Origin: Intoshia linei
Lineage: Eukaryota; Animalia; Orthonectida
Assembly (NCBI GenBank): GCA_001642005.1
Contig: LWCA01000079.1
Span: 1 to 58,243, forward strand
Direction of reading: 5' to 3'
Length of the DNA stretch: 58,243 bases
Every line of letters starts with the position of its first letter. Position 1 is the first letter of the stretch. The notes under the pieces are model-generated. The model did not search any database, was not told the origin of the DNA, and saw only the letters and a list, made by a program, of their open reading frames with translations. Shown in pieces: positions 29,725 to 42,600 of the stretch. The translations under genes and the position numbers were made by a program.

Positions 29725-31174
29725 TTAAAATTTTATAATAACAACGCTCATATCGTCCATGTAATTACGCCGGTAGGGTTTTGATAAAATATCAGATATA
29801 GCCCCATGATTATACCCAAGGCAGTGGCGTATAACATTAGTGCAATAATTGTCATTTTCGTATGATGTTTCTAGTTTATTTCTTTGACTGAGTCTTTGAT
29901 GTATAACACTAAGCGTTTCATCATCGGGTTGAAAAGAATCGGGAATTTCTTTAGACATGATGTGACCGTTCACTAAATGCATTATATTTTCGGTACGCAT
30001 TGTTTCCCAAATACCATCGCTAGCTATAATTAAGAAACAGTCATGTTTTGTTATTTTTTTATGTACAATTTCAGGTTTTGCAGTTAGGTATGGTGGGGTC
30101 TTTGATTGGATGGGTACAATATCATCTACGTTAAACTTGTCAATTTTTTTGTTTTTCATCATTAGATTCAAAACAATGTTGAAATTTTCCCTTGACAATT
30201 TCAACATAAAATCGCCAAAACACCTCAAGGGAATCAAGGTTCCTAAAAGTCTTTCTTGTAATATAATATATTTTGATTCTGATTTGGGGTGTTGACTCAT
30301 AATTCGTTCCACTTCAGTTGCATTTGAAGCGTTTTGGTCAACAGACAATGGACTAATCAAAAGTTGGTCTGATTGTCGAGAACCCATCATAGCTCTACAA
30401 TCACCACAATTTGAAATAAAAAGGTGGGTTTCTTTGTTATCATTAAATAAACATGCAACGTTGGCACAAGAACCCGAAAGCGATACTTTCAAATTTGTAA
30501 TGTCTGTTTTCATTTCACTTCCCATGTCATTATCTAAAGTGCAAAAGGCTTCACTTATAGATTTTGATATATTATCAAGGTCAAACTTTTTGACTTGTTC
30601 TTTCAAACGAGTTTTTATGTAGTTTCGTATTGAATACAAATGAGTAGATGATAATCTATAATATTGGTTTGAATTTGGTAGGATATTATCCACACGGTTG
30701 TCAAAAATAGCATTGAGGACGTTCTTATAATGAATCTCTTTTTGGGACAATGTTTTGTCCAAAATTTGTAATTTTTCAGTCAGCTGTTGCTCGTCCAAAA
30801 GAGATATGTAAATATAATCAAATAGTCTTTGACTTAAACTTTGGGCGCAATAGTTTCCTCCATGACCATCGTAGATTCCAAATAAACTAAATGCTCCATT
30901 AATATTAAACCGAGTATTGCTAATAACATCTTCGATAGGTTTGTTTGCAGCAATTTGATTAATATTGACTTCAAAGGACTTTGACCCTATAAATAAACAT
31001 AGTTATTGAATATAGTACACAATTACCGCAATTTGAAGCGAATGTTTGTTCATTCTTGGACAGAAAATTGGATACCTGGGTAGATGTAAGGTACTTTTTG
31101 TTGACATTAAAGTAATCAAACAATGACAATAGTTTTGAATTTTTTAAAATAAAACTTTGCCAAAAACTAAACAT
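29725..31174 (-). CDS. Mitochondrial pyruvate dehydrogenase phosphatase catalytic subunit (PP2C), 2 exons
   Basis: NQIAANKPIED, FGIYDGHGG, SGSCANVA, NCGDCRAMMG, RLLGTLIPLRCFGD, TPPYLTAKPE, FLIIASDGIWE, DDMSVVII; 40-nt intron near 30988-31027. Confidence 0.9.
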
Positions 31175-31303
31175 CCACACGTGTCTAATTTTTACAAATA
31201 GGTTGGTTTGTCGTAGTTCATTACATTATCGTTACTACATATTTGTTAATAGTTACCGTATTTATTTTACTAAATTTTTCAATTTTGTATATTTCTTATA
31301 TCT

Positions 31304-32061
31304 ATGTCTAATATTGCAGTAAAAAGACTAAAACGTGAATTTCTCGATAATGAAAAATACGCCACGGTAATATTACCCATTATTTATTTAATTGTTCAAC
31401 AGGAAGGCGATTCCATGATAACTTTGGAGCTTATTGATCAGAATTATTTGCATGTGCAAGGAACTATTTTGGGAGCACAAGATACACCATACCATCAAGG
31501 GCACTTTTTAATCAATATTGTTATACCCGAATCTTATCCATTCAGTCCTCCAAAGGTTTGTTAATTACATTGAATATATTACCATTTAGGTAACTTTTAA
31601 AACGCCAGTTTGGCATCCCAACATTAGTTCAGTTACAGGTGTTATATGTTTGGATATATTGAAAGAAAAATGGTATTATTTTTTTTGTATTTTTAAAATT
31701 ATCTAAAATGTATAAATTAGGGCAGCTTCGCTCACTCTTAGAACGGTATTGTTGTCTATACAAGCACTTTTGTCGTGTCCGGTACCAGAAGACCCTCAAG
31801 ATGGTGTTGTTGCTTCTCAATACATTAAAGATAAATCATTGTTCGAAAAAACAGCTCAATATTGGACTCACGCTTTTGCTAGTGGGCCGTATTTCGATGA
31901 AAACCAAGAACAACAAGTTAAAACTATTGTGGGAATGGGATTCAATCATGTTTACATTTTCAAATTTTCCTATAATATTTTAGTTTGAGGCAATTTCGAA
32001 TTTATCTTATGTTGATTGGGACATTGAATTGGCTTCCCAGCGACTTTTAGACGATAGATAA
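31304..32061 (+). CDS. UBE2K: Ubiquitin-conjugating enzyme E2 K (UBC + UBA), 5 exons
   Basis: [27 protein letters not shown]|[51 protein letters not shown]. Confidence 0.93.
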
Positions 32062-32172
32062 TGTAAAATTTTCTTATGTTATTAAATATATTACCATTTA
32101 CTTTATTTAAATATTTTAAGATAAAATTCTGCTTCAGTGGTGTTGAACTCAAATATAGACTACACTATAGTC

Positions 32173-32729
32173 CAGTAATGGCAGCCAACTAAAACTAGGT
32201 GTGTTAAATTTAATACTATTTTCAGAAATTTTTTTCTAGTGTTTTTATCAAAAAAAATATTAGTTTAACTAAGTCGAACAACTTGATGAAAAATGAGTTA
32301 AAAAAATAATTTTTACATTTATTTAGATTTAAAAAATTGAGCTGCAAGCTTTTCAATGGGAGGTTCATAACTTGTTGATTTTAACGCTACACAAGCAAAA
32401 CTAGTTTCATCGTGAAGTTTATTTTTTTTATGATTTTTTACATTATTCAATGTGGAAAATAACGATTCACAAGAATATGTAGATATAAATATAGCTTTAG
32501 CTAGATATTTCAGATTATTAAATGTTTCAGGCATAGAATTCCAAACTTCTAAAACATATTTGATTGGTCAAAGTAGGTAACATCTTCAAATGCTTTTGTA
32601 AGTCTATTTCGTTCTATTACTTTAATTTCTGATCTCACTTATTTTAGAAGTATTTTTTATTTTGAGTGAACTTATATATTTTTTCAAGTGTATATTTTTT
32701 ACACGCAAATACGTACTTTGTCATCACTG
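32173..32729 (-). mobile_element. Deleted hAT (Buster/Charlie-group) element retaining a dimerization-domain fragment
   Basis: TIR CAGTAATGGC / GTCATCACTG; TSD CTATAGTC/CTACAGTC; ORF STYSCESLFSTLNNVK..KL.DE...C..LK. Confidence 0.85.
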
Positions 32730-33119
32730 CTACAGTCGATTACGTCACATGAAAATGATTAAATATGAACTTACATAAATATCGTGTTAGAGGTATTATA
32801 CAATTACGACAACAATTTGCCATGTAATTCAAAGTTTAAATGAAACTGATTCTGAATGAATGATTTACCTTTTTTGGGTATGAATTATGAAGCCTTAGGT
32901 ACAAAACAAAATTGCCCATGTCTAAAAGTTTATTTAAATTTAATCTCAAATTTGTGTCATATTATTAACAATGAGATATAACAAGATTTTTATAAAGTTT
33001 TATATTTCTTGCATAATATTAAAATGTAATATTACAGTGAAACCTCTATAAACAAACGATTTTGAAAATTTAACGACTAATTTGTTTATTGGAGTATCAA
33101 AAAAGCGTGATAAGTGTCA

Positions 33120-33790
33120 AAAATATACAAAAAATGTAAAATAATTATCGGTCCTAAAATTAAAAAAAAATTCTGATAGAGCTTATTCCAGTTGATATAA
33201 ATACAAAACTTTACCCCTCGAAATCTACGCATTCCCGGTGAAAAATAATTTTTAATAATATTATCAAACTATTTTCGAATCATTTCTATTTATCAAATCT
33301 AATAAAATTAAGATGGAATAATTGACTTTAAATTAAAAGGTAATGTGATATGACGGTCTACGTGAAACAAGTTTGGGAGCCACTTCTTTAAAGGATTGAT
33401 AATGGTGAATAGTAGGATTTTTAAATTAGATTTTCAACGTCAATTTATTTTTTAAGTACCGTATTTTTCGGAGTATAAGGCGCGCCCTGTATAAAAAAAC
33501 AATTTTCAATTCACAAAATTCACATATAAGGCGGATTAGCGTATAAGGTGCGAGAAATTTTATTAAGAGAAGTTTTAAAAAAACAGAAGAGTTTTTCTCG
33601 AAAAATTAAGAGTCAAATGGTACAATATATAGTTAGAAAAAATTTTCCCTTGCAAAATCCTTCTATAAGGCGCATTCTTAATTTTTCATATAAAAGGGTG
33701 TGCCTTATACTGTGAAAAATGCGGTATAATAAAAATGTGCTCTCGTAAGAGCTAGGTGCTGTTTGTACATAGTACATAACAATCAAAATA
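33120..33790 (+). mobile_element. Helitron-like element, middle and 3' part
   Basis: Family core (GAGCTTATTCCAGTTGATATAAATAC) continuous with the 3' hairpin GAGCTAGGTGCTGTTTGTACATAGTACATAAC. Confidence 0.7.
33459..33724. mobile_element. Tc1/mariner-pogo-type MITE nested in the Helitron
   Basis: TA|CCGTATTTTTCGGAGTATAAGGC ... GCCTTATACTGTGAAAAATGCGG|TA; internal TATAAGGCG repeats. Confidence 0.85.
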
Positions 33791-34032
33791 ATTTACTATA
33801 ATTTACATAAATTGTACATCGTACATAAAGTCATAAAAAAAGTTTTAAATTTTAAATTGAAAATGGGACAAAAAATCAGTAAATATTCATGATTCTATAA
33901 AACATCATCCAAGAAATATAAAAATTAATTTTTCACATAAATGATAGATAATATAGACTTTTTATTGAGCTAGTAATAAAAGTATAATAGTAAAAACCTA
34001 GGTTAAATATTTGATTAGATTTATATACAAAT

Positions 34033-34704
34033 ATGGACAAAATGCATACAATATTGATAACGCTAGCATTTCTTTCATTAAATGTGAATTGCGAAGAAAT
34101 TGAAATTGGCAGTCGCAAAATATTTGAAGTTGATATTAACAGTTTGAAAAATCAAATCGGAAATGGAAGATATGACATGACTATTATAATTTGTATTGCA
34201 TTTTTTAATGTTATTTCAGAAATAATATGGAATGTTATATTATATTTGTTTTATGGTGTAGATTCGGTTATAACTATATATAGTGAATATTACTTGGCAC
34301 TTAACACTGTTTCTTTATCTTTTTCAGATGTAGCTGAGATGTTAATCGAATTTAATATCAATAAATATACCGTAACACTTAGCATATATTTGATATTTGT
34401 TATATCGTTTGCCATTGTGGAGTATATATCAAATGAATTAATTGATACAAATTTATTGAAAATAAACTACACTATTTATACTATCGTTTATTTATATTTA
34501 ATAAGTATTATTTGCCATAATTGCACCTTTTTTTCAAAGCTTTTTATGGATGTATTAATGCAATTAACATTATATCACATTTACAAATTAAATAATGACA
34601 ATAATCCAACCAGTTATGCTAAATGGAATGGCGTGATAATGAAACACATTCATCATACTAATTTGATAAACATGAAATTTGTATACAATCCTTTATATGT
34701 ATAA
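34033..34704 (+). CDS. Intronless hypothetical membrane protein, 223 aa (signal peptide plus about 3-4 hydrophobic segments)
   Basis: Long open frame in very AT-rich DNA; N-terminal hydrophobic signal-like stretch; no recognised family. Confidence 0.55.
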   Translation: MDKMHTILITLAFLSLNVNCEEIEIGSRKIFEVDINSLKNQIGNGRYDMTIIICIAFFNVISEIIWNVILYLFYGVDSVITIYSEYYLALNTVSLSFSDVAEMLIEFNINKYTVTLSIYLIFVISFAIVEYISNELIDTNLLKINYTIYTIVYLYLISIICHNCTFFSKLFMDVLMQLTLYHIYKLNNDNNPTSYAKWNGVIMKHIHHTNLINMKFVYNPLYV

Positions 34705-35189
34705 TAATGTAATATAATTGTATTATAATAATATATAAATAATATTTAGTTATTAACTTATTAATGTAGATGAACAAGACATTGTGTTGTTTGATTATTT
34801 ACATATTATCACATACGTTATAAATAAAAGTTATAATTTTAGTTGTTTGTAAGAATTCTTGCCATTTATAGAAATATACTATGGTGTATACAGCATGAGT
34901 AAGGTGGTTATTACGTAAATCTGCCGATTGCTAACATTATAATTTTAAAACCAATTTTTGTTCATAAAAATTTTTAAAGATTATTATTCACTTACATCTA
35001 TAATATTGTCGAAATTACCCTTGAATGTTTAAATCAAAAACAATCTTAAAAACCTTATTGAAAATTTGATTCAAAAAAAATTTTTATTAAACGCTTCTTA
35101 AAATTTGGTTTACAAAAATTTCTAAGAAAACACTAAAATTTATGTTCAAAAAAAATTACTAAAACCCAAAATTAATCTAAAATATAAAT

Positions 35190-36420
35190 GAAAGTATTAT
35201 ACATTCTATACAACATATATTATGAAGTCCTGATTATTCGAAAATTTGAAAAAATGAAAAAATATCAAATATAAAAGGAATATGGGGTTTCCCAACTTTT
35301 GAATATTACTGTAATGAAAGTGTTAGATTTGTGGATTACAAGTTCAATTTCTATTAAAGATAAAAAAAATATTGTAAATATGTTAAAGACATACGGCGGA
35401 CGCTATAATTTATAAAAAAAGAAAAAAATTGGAGATGTAAGTCTTAAATATTACGTGAAGATAATTTTTTTAAATTATGAATCATAAAAGATGTTGCTAA
35501 TTTTTTAGTATGATAATTAGTATTATAATGAGTAACAGGTAAGATTTCTGGGTCTTTAAGTTCAGACATTATTTGATTTTCTTCATATGTATTATTTTTT
35601 TCAATAGTTATTGTATACATTGTGTTTTGAAGCAAGAAAACATTGTGTACTACCTTTGTGTTCATCAAACAAACGAATTAGTTCTTTCTTTGTAGATGCA
35701 GTTAAATATTTTTTTTTTAAATTTTCTTTGTTCATGTTGCAGAAATAACAAATTTTTGAATAGCACTTTTTGTAAACAATAATTGTGAATAACAATAAGA
35801 GCTTCACTTTAATTTGGATAAATTATGTTCATCGTTCACGTAGTAGAATGTTCACGATTCATTTACTTTTTTCATAATAAATTATAAAAAAATTTTTTTG
35901 TTGTTTATTATTGGAGAAGTTCACGTTATAGAAGGTTCATCTTATAGAAGGTTGACTGTATTCAGTTTTATAAAAAAGATTTTTGTCTGCAATTTGACGG
36001 GAAAAGGGCTCATGATTATGTTAATACTATTGTTAAATTTTTAGCGGTGTGTATATAACATCTGATGGATTTTCTAAAATTATAACTCGTCGGGGTCTGA
36101 TCAATTCGAAAAATGAAACAATATTAGTTTTTTGCATACTATTATACATTTACGAAATATTAAAAATATTTAATTTTTTCTTAGGCACACCTACAAACTA
36201 TAGTAATTATTTAAACACAATAGTTTTTGCCAAACTAAACGTTTCCGTAATCAATGTTATCTTAAATATGGTCAAACTAAGATAAGCCCTCGTATATGCT
36301 ACTCATACATAGTTATGTATACAAATTGTATACTAAAATTCAGTATCCTTGAGCATCCTCGTAGAGTTTTCAAATTTTGTTAAAATTTTGTATTTTAAGT
36401 TAACTTAACAAAACGAAACT
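35190..36420 (+). mobile_element. Old degraded hATm copy interrupted by a pogo/Tigger-like fragment (about 35444-35958, minus strand)
   Basis: FCLQFDGK and TSDGFSKII fragments and a subterminal region homologous to 49738-51915. Insert has TA|CAGTCAACCTTCTATAAG terminus and an HTH-like ORF. Confidence 0.6.
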
Positions 36421-36621
36421 TTCCACTTTACTGTATATTAAAAAAAGTTGTGTCAACTCAATAGTGTTTGATTATGCCAGTGGAACACGGCCAGATTGTT
36501 TATACTGGCCACCCTGATAATCAATTTAAAATTCAGTCTAAAAAATAAAAAGTTCGCACATGACTGAGTTTTAAGAAACTACGTAACATTCAAGTTACTT
36601 TAAATTAAATTCATTTATTAA

Positions 36622-39600
36622 TTAAAAAATTAAAAACATGAAAATAATTTGAATTTGCATAAAAACTTTCATCCAAAATGCATTAGATATTATATCATAA
36701 TTGCAGATATCCTGGTCACAACATGAGATACATGATTCTTTATTAGAAATATTGACACAAAATTTCTTTTTAAAGTTCAAAGTGTTGCAGACATTAAAAT
36801 CACAGTATCTTTTGTATTTTAAAACATTTGTGTTCATATCATTTAGCCTTTCAATCTATTAAATTAAAATTTGTAATAGAATATAATCATTAATCAGTAA
36901 TTCCTCTGATGCTTACTTGGGATATATGGTAAAAAGTAGGCCCACAATTTTATTTTAAGTTATAATTATATAATACATTGTAAATATTACATAGCAATCT
37001 CCTGAACACACATTTAATGTCATATTCGCTGTATCTTTGGTGCAATTCATTATAGAAGGATGACATTGATAGCACCGCTTTTTTCCACATGTATAATTAT
37101 TGTTTCCCAAAAAATAACCCTTGTTACAGGTTGTACAACGTGGCTTATAATCAGCACAAGAATTACAACCTGTTTGACAATCTAAAAAGTTAATATAGAT
37201 GATTCATATGATATAATTTTATTTATTTTTATTTATAATACATGTATATTAATATATAGATAAATGTATTATAAAATTTACAATAATTCAAATAAAAATG
37301 TATAAAATATTTTTATCTATTAAGATAAACCTAAACATTGACTAGAATCATAAGTCAAAATTTTGGGTGATTCACATTTATCACAATAAACTTTGTTATC
37401 ATACCCCAGATAACATTTCAAACAATCCGTAATTTTGTCGGTGCATTCTAAAAGTTAAAATTATAATTATAAATTGATTTGATATTGATTATTAATGAAA
37501 CTTTGTTAAGTGCAATCAATTAAAGGTTGATTTTATTAAAAAAAACGGAAACTTGATTTTTGACGCTGAAATAATCAATTTCTGAAAATGAAATTTTCAA
37601 TAAAACATGACTCTCGAAAAACTGTATTAGAGTTGGGTTATATTAAATTCTAGAACTGTTAATTTTTTAAATAATCGGCAACAAAGTAATTTAAAGACAT
37701 TTTATATATGTTAAAATATACTGTTGAAAATGGATAATTTCGTTAAATATTTGGCTAAATTAATACTTTAATGCTGGGGTTCTTAAACGATTTGGTCTAT
37801 CGTCCCTTTTTTAACAATACATTTTTTTACGCAACTTAAAAAAAATTTTCGACTAGTTCGTATAGTATAATATACTATATTTAAAAATTTACTCAATAAT
37901 ATTCAAATTTTTTTATGATTCAACTGATCATAAGATATTTCCGGAACCTGGAACCTGGAATCGATATTAAATTATTAATGATATAATAAATGGCCATGAA
38001 AATTAATTATTTATTACTGTGACACTATTTATCTCAGTGGATCGTAAACTTGCTACAAAAATCTCTCCTTACAACCAAAAAATTTATCAAAGCCCCACTT
38101 TATATTATATATGTATGTAATATATCATTTTTTTAAATAGCCTTAATCGCCCCTAATTGAATTAATTTCCCACTTTGAGAACCCCTACTGTAATATATAA
38201 AATTTAACTTACTTGTACAAATATGTGGTATAACGATAGTGTCTTTATAAGCGTCATCACTACATATTTTGCAAGTATTACTGTTGAAGCATTCTTTGCA
38301 ATTATGACCGCATGCTATAAATTAGAATTAACGACAGTCTTAATTTATATAAAACTATTTTTTTGTATGTCTGTCTGTCTGAGTGTTTGTTATCGTTTAT
38401 GTTTATTTTCAATAACAAAGACTTTTAGAATATTAACAAACATAAATTCCAAGTCAGATTTTTACGGTTGGCAAAAGTAAGATAAATTTCAATATAAAAA
38501 ACTACATCTTCCCGGTCAAAAACTCCAATTTTCCTTTTTTTGAAAAATTAAACGAGGTCTAAAACTTAAAAAAATAAACACTCCAATAACGATTATTTAT
38601 TATTATTTTAAAATCATGTACATTATTATACATTTAAATTTCAAAAAGGTATATCTTCAGTGCGAAAACCCAAATTAACCAGTTTTTAAAAAATCAGAAT
38701 AGTCATAGAATACCAAAAATTTACAATTCATACAAACAGACACAACAAAATAATGACATACATGAAACCAGTACAGAACCTAATTTACCTAGAGTATTGT
38801 GGGTCGACGAATTTTTCTTAAGTAGGTGCCTTATTTTTGAAAATTGAGCATTTAAAAAAATATATTTTACAATGTTATAACTGTTATGTATAGGGCCGTG
38901 AATATTTAGCTAGTGTTATATGGCCTTACATTTACATCCCTTTGTGACACTATTATATAAATATCCACTTGAACAAGTTTGACATCCGGTTTCCAAATTA
39001 CATAGAATGCAATTGTTTGGGCATTCTATATAAAATACAATATAAAATTAGTTGTGCTTTTATAATAATGTATTATGTATGAGGTCGATATCAATACAAT
39101 ATATTTCTACATATCTTAATTCACGTATGCAAAAAAATACAACAATTATAATATAATGGGAATCCACAATATGAATAATAATTGATAATTATACACTTCA
39201 AATTAGGGGAAATAAATGTATAGTTAGTATAAGAAAAAATTTACGTAGACAAATTTGATGTTTATTGTCATATAAAAACTTATCAGAACAGGATATACAT
39301 GTTTTTGCATCGACACATGTTGTACAATTGTTGATACATGCTAAAAAATTGTAGTACATTTAATATATTTACATTATAATAAATATGGCGATTAATAGAA
39401 TAGACTTACATTTACATTCCAACAATATTGAATCAAAAAACATGTTCTTTTCCATACATCTTAGACAGCTTTTATTATCTGTGCATTTACTACAACCAGT
39501 TATACAAACTAAAGTTTAATAAATTTTTAAATGATTTTTTAGTGTAGTATATCCATTTTAATGTACAGTTCATATGGTAGCTCAGAAAAAGCAAACCATG

Positions 39601-42600
39601 CCTAAGTTGTAAAAAAATGAAAGAAAGTTTATCAGTATTTAAAAATTTAAATCACATTTGTATTACATTACACAAAATTAATTAATGAAAAAGGGAATCA
39701 TACATCATGGATGATTTTCATATTGGACTAAACAATTATTATTATTTTATGTTGAAAATACGTGGGACCAACTTTAAAGTGTAAAAATTTTTTAAAAGTC
39801 GCTGTTGTAACCTAAACCTAACCAAACTATAAACCTTATTTGAAGATCATTGGGATAAAAATGACATTCAAGTTATCATGAACAATTTGTTAAACGTGGT
39901 TCACTTTTTCTGGTGCTACAATATTATTAAAGTGGATAGACAAAAATGTAATTAAAAATAAAACAATTTAAATAAATGTTAAACATCTAATGTTAATCTA
40001 AACCTTCACATTTATTTGTGGTAATATCAAAAAAGAATCCATTGGCACATTCGATGCATTTAGTTGCTTCAGCACACACAATGCAGTTAGTCATGCATTC
40101 TATATGATAAAAGTTTTATGAAAAAATTAAAAATTAATCATTAGTTAGTTTTTAATATACGAATGTAGAGTGTACAATATACACTGTACTACAGTGTACA
40201 TTACGTATCTATATCAGTATTTTCCAACCATTTTTTCACCGTGATCCATTTTTCATATATAAAAAAACTTTAATTTTGATCTTTTAGTTTAATTAGAAGT
40301 GACAGAGCCGAACCTACCCGCTTGAGCCCATCAAAAATAAAAAATAGTCTCATAAAATTTTTTCTAAAATGTTATATCATAATAAATAACCCTGACAACC
40401 TTTCCACAGGCATAAATTTGACTGGATACTGGATACTGTAAATTTTTTTAAATTGGATGAATCTGTATTTCAAATATTTTAAGCAGAATTTAATTTAAAA
40501 AATGTAATATTTAAAAAAAAAAAAATAGTAAATTGCTTTTATTGACAGTCAAGAATTTTGCTTATTTGTGACATTGAAATTTTTCAAGTACAAGTATGTT
40601 AATTTAACTTAATTAACTGAAAAAAATGTAATATTTTTTAAAATTGTAGGACCATTAATTTTTTTCATTTTAAAAAATAATGGTTAATTTGTGGATTTGG
40701 TCCAAAAGATTTAAGTTTTTAAAGTTGAAATTTATGCGCACGATTTTAAAATTTGTATAAAAATTTATGATTTTTGAAATTAAGTACTGATTTGATTTCA
40801 AAAAAACGGGTCCTTTCGGTTTTTAACCATAAATAATCAATTTCTGAAAATTAAATTTGCGATAGAACCTCAATCTCAAAAAAATGTATTAGAAATTGGT
40901 GTTTTTAAAATCTAATGTTTCATATTTTCTTATATACTTGGTTACAAACGTATATAAAGATATACATTTTTAGCGTTTAAAAAAAATTCTTTTTTTAATT
41001 TTTACTAATAAATTACTTGAATAAAGTAATCATTTCTTAGTAAGGAGTGACATATGATATATATAAAAATTAAATTTTTGCTTATTTATGCATATATATA
41101 TTTATTATTATTATATATTGATTATTACTTGTACATGTAGTCTGATCGAAACTTACTTCTAAAAAGTAATTGACAGCACACAAATCGCATTTATTAACTA
41201 ATGTACAAGCCAAGCAATTTTCTGAACATGCTAAATACATAAAATGAACATAAATGAATATAATTTATAAATAATATAAAACGGTACTAAACGAGAAACC
41301 GTAAATATTCAATTATATATATTCTATTATATTATATTTATTTTTTTAAGACAGTGTTATAGTGAATTGTCATATGAACAGAGTATTATGTTAATCACCT
41401 TATGACTAAACATCTTACTTTTTTGATTTTCATTTTACATTTATACACTAAATTTAAGAAATTCTAAGACGGGTAGTTATTTAAATAAAGCATAACACAC
41501 ATTAAAACAAAAATCGCGTAGCATATTATATAAGTTAAAATTATGAAATATTAGAAGGTTTTCATTGATTAGGAACGGCTATTATATAGGATAATTAACG
41601 ATAATTGTACATATGCAATATATTTGTAAAATTTACCTTTACATGTATCCAATTCGTATCCTAGACTACATGTGATACACACAGACATATCATTGAACCC
41701 TTTTTTACATCTTTGACAATTGTTGCTACTCACTACATGTATAACTTCAAATAATATCAGACATTCCAATTTCAAAGTAATACACACTTAATCTTCCTGA
41801 ATAAATTTCATATGATGTAACTCAAGTGAAATTCAATTAATGTGAAGAATTGAGTTAACGGATATAAATCTTATGATTATCATAGTTTTATTTTGATATA
41901 CCAAACGTGAAAAGTCAAAATTTACGCATAGTTAAAGATAAATTAAAACTGTAAGGGGGTTTTCCATTAATTTTTGTTGGAGTCTTTTCAAAAAAGGTTT
42001 TTTTAGTATTAGATAAAAATATTGTATATTTCGTTGGGTCTAGTGACAAGTTGTGACTTGTCACAACAAAGTTTCACTGATTTTCAGGTTAAAATGGATC
42101 GATCTAATTATAGTTGGTATAATTTGAATATTTACACAAAATTCAGATAAATAAGCTTTTAAATTTTTACGTAATTGGCATATTTTATTTATAAAGTATG
42201 TATAATATAGTAATTATTAATTACATATACAAGTGTTTGAATCCAACAAACAAAAATTTGCCATACAAATTAAACATTTTCCTTCGTTAAAGCAAGTTTT
42301 ACAATTATCAGAGCATTCTAAAAAGATTAGTTACATACATTAAGATAAAATTTATCAAATTAAGATGTATTAAGTCAACCAATTACGGTGTAATACTTTT
42401 ATCTTTTAAAAATTGTTTTTAAATTTTTTCAAATTTAACACCATTAATCGTTATTACATCAGACATTACTTACTTTGACATTTTTTCATTATAGAAGAGT
42501 AAAAATATCCATCAACACAAATTTTACATGGTGTTGTAGTGTTACATTCTTGACAATTTTCAATACAATCTAGAAAAATCGTTACGTGTTGATACAAAAC

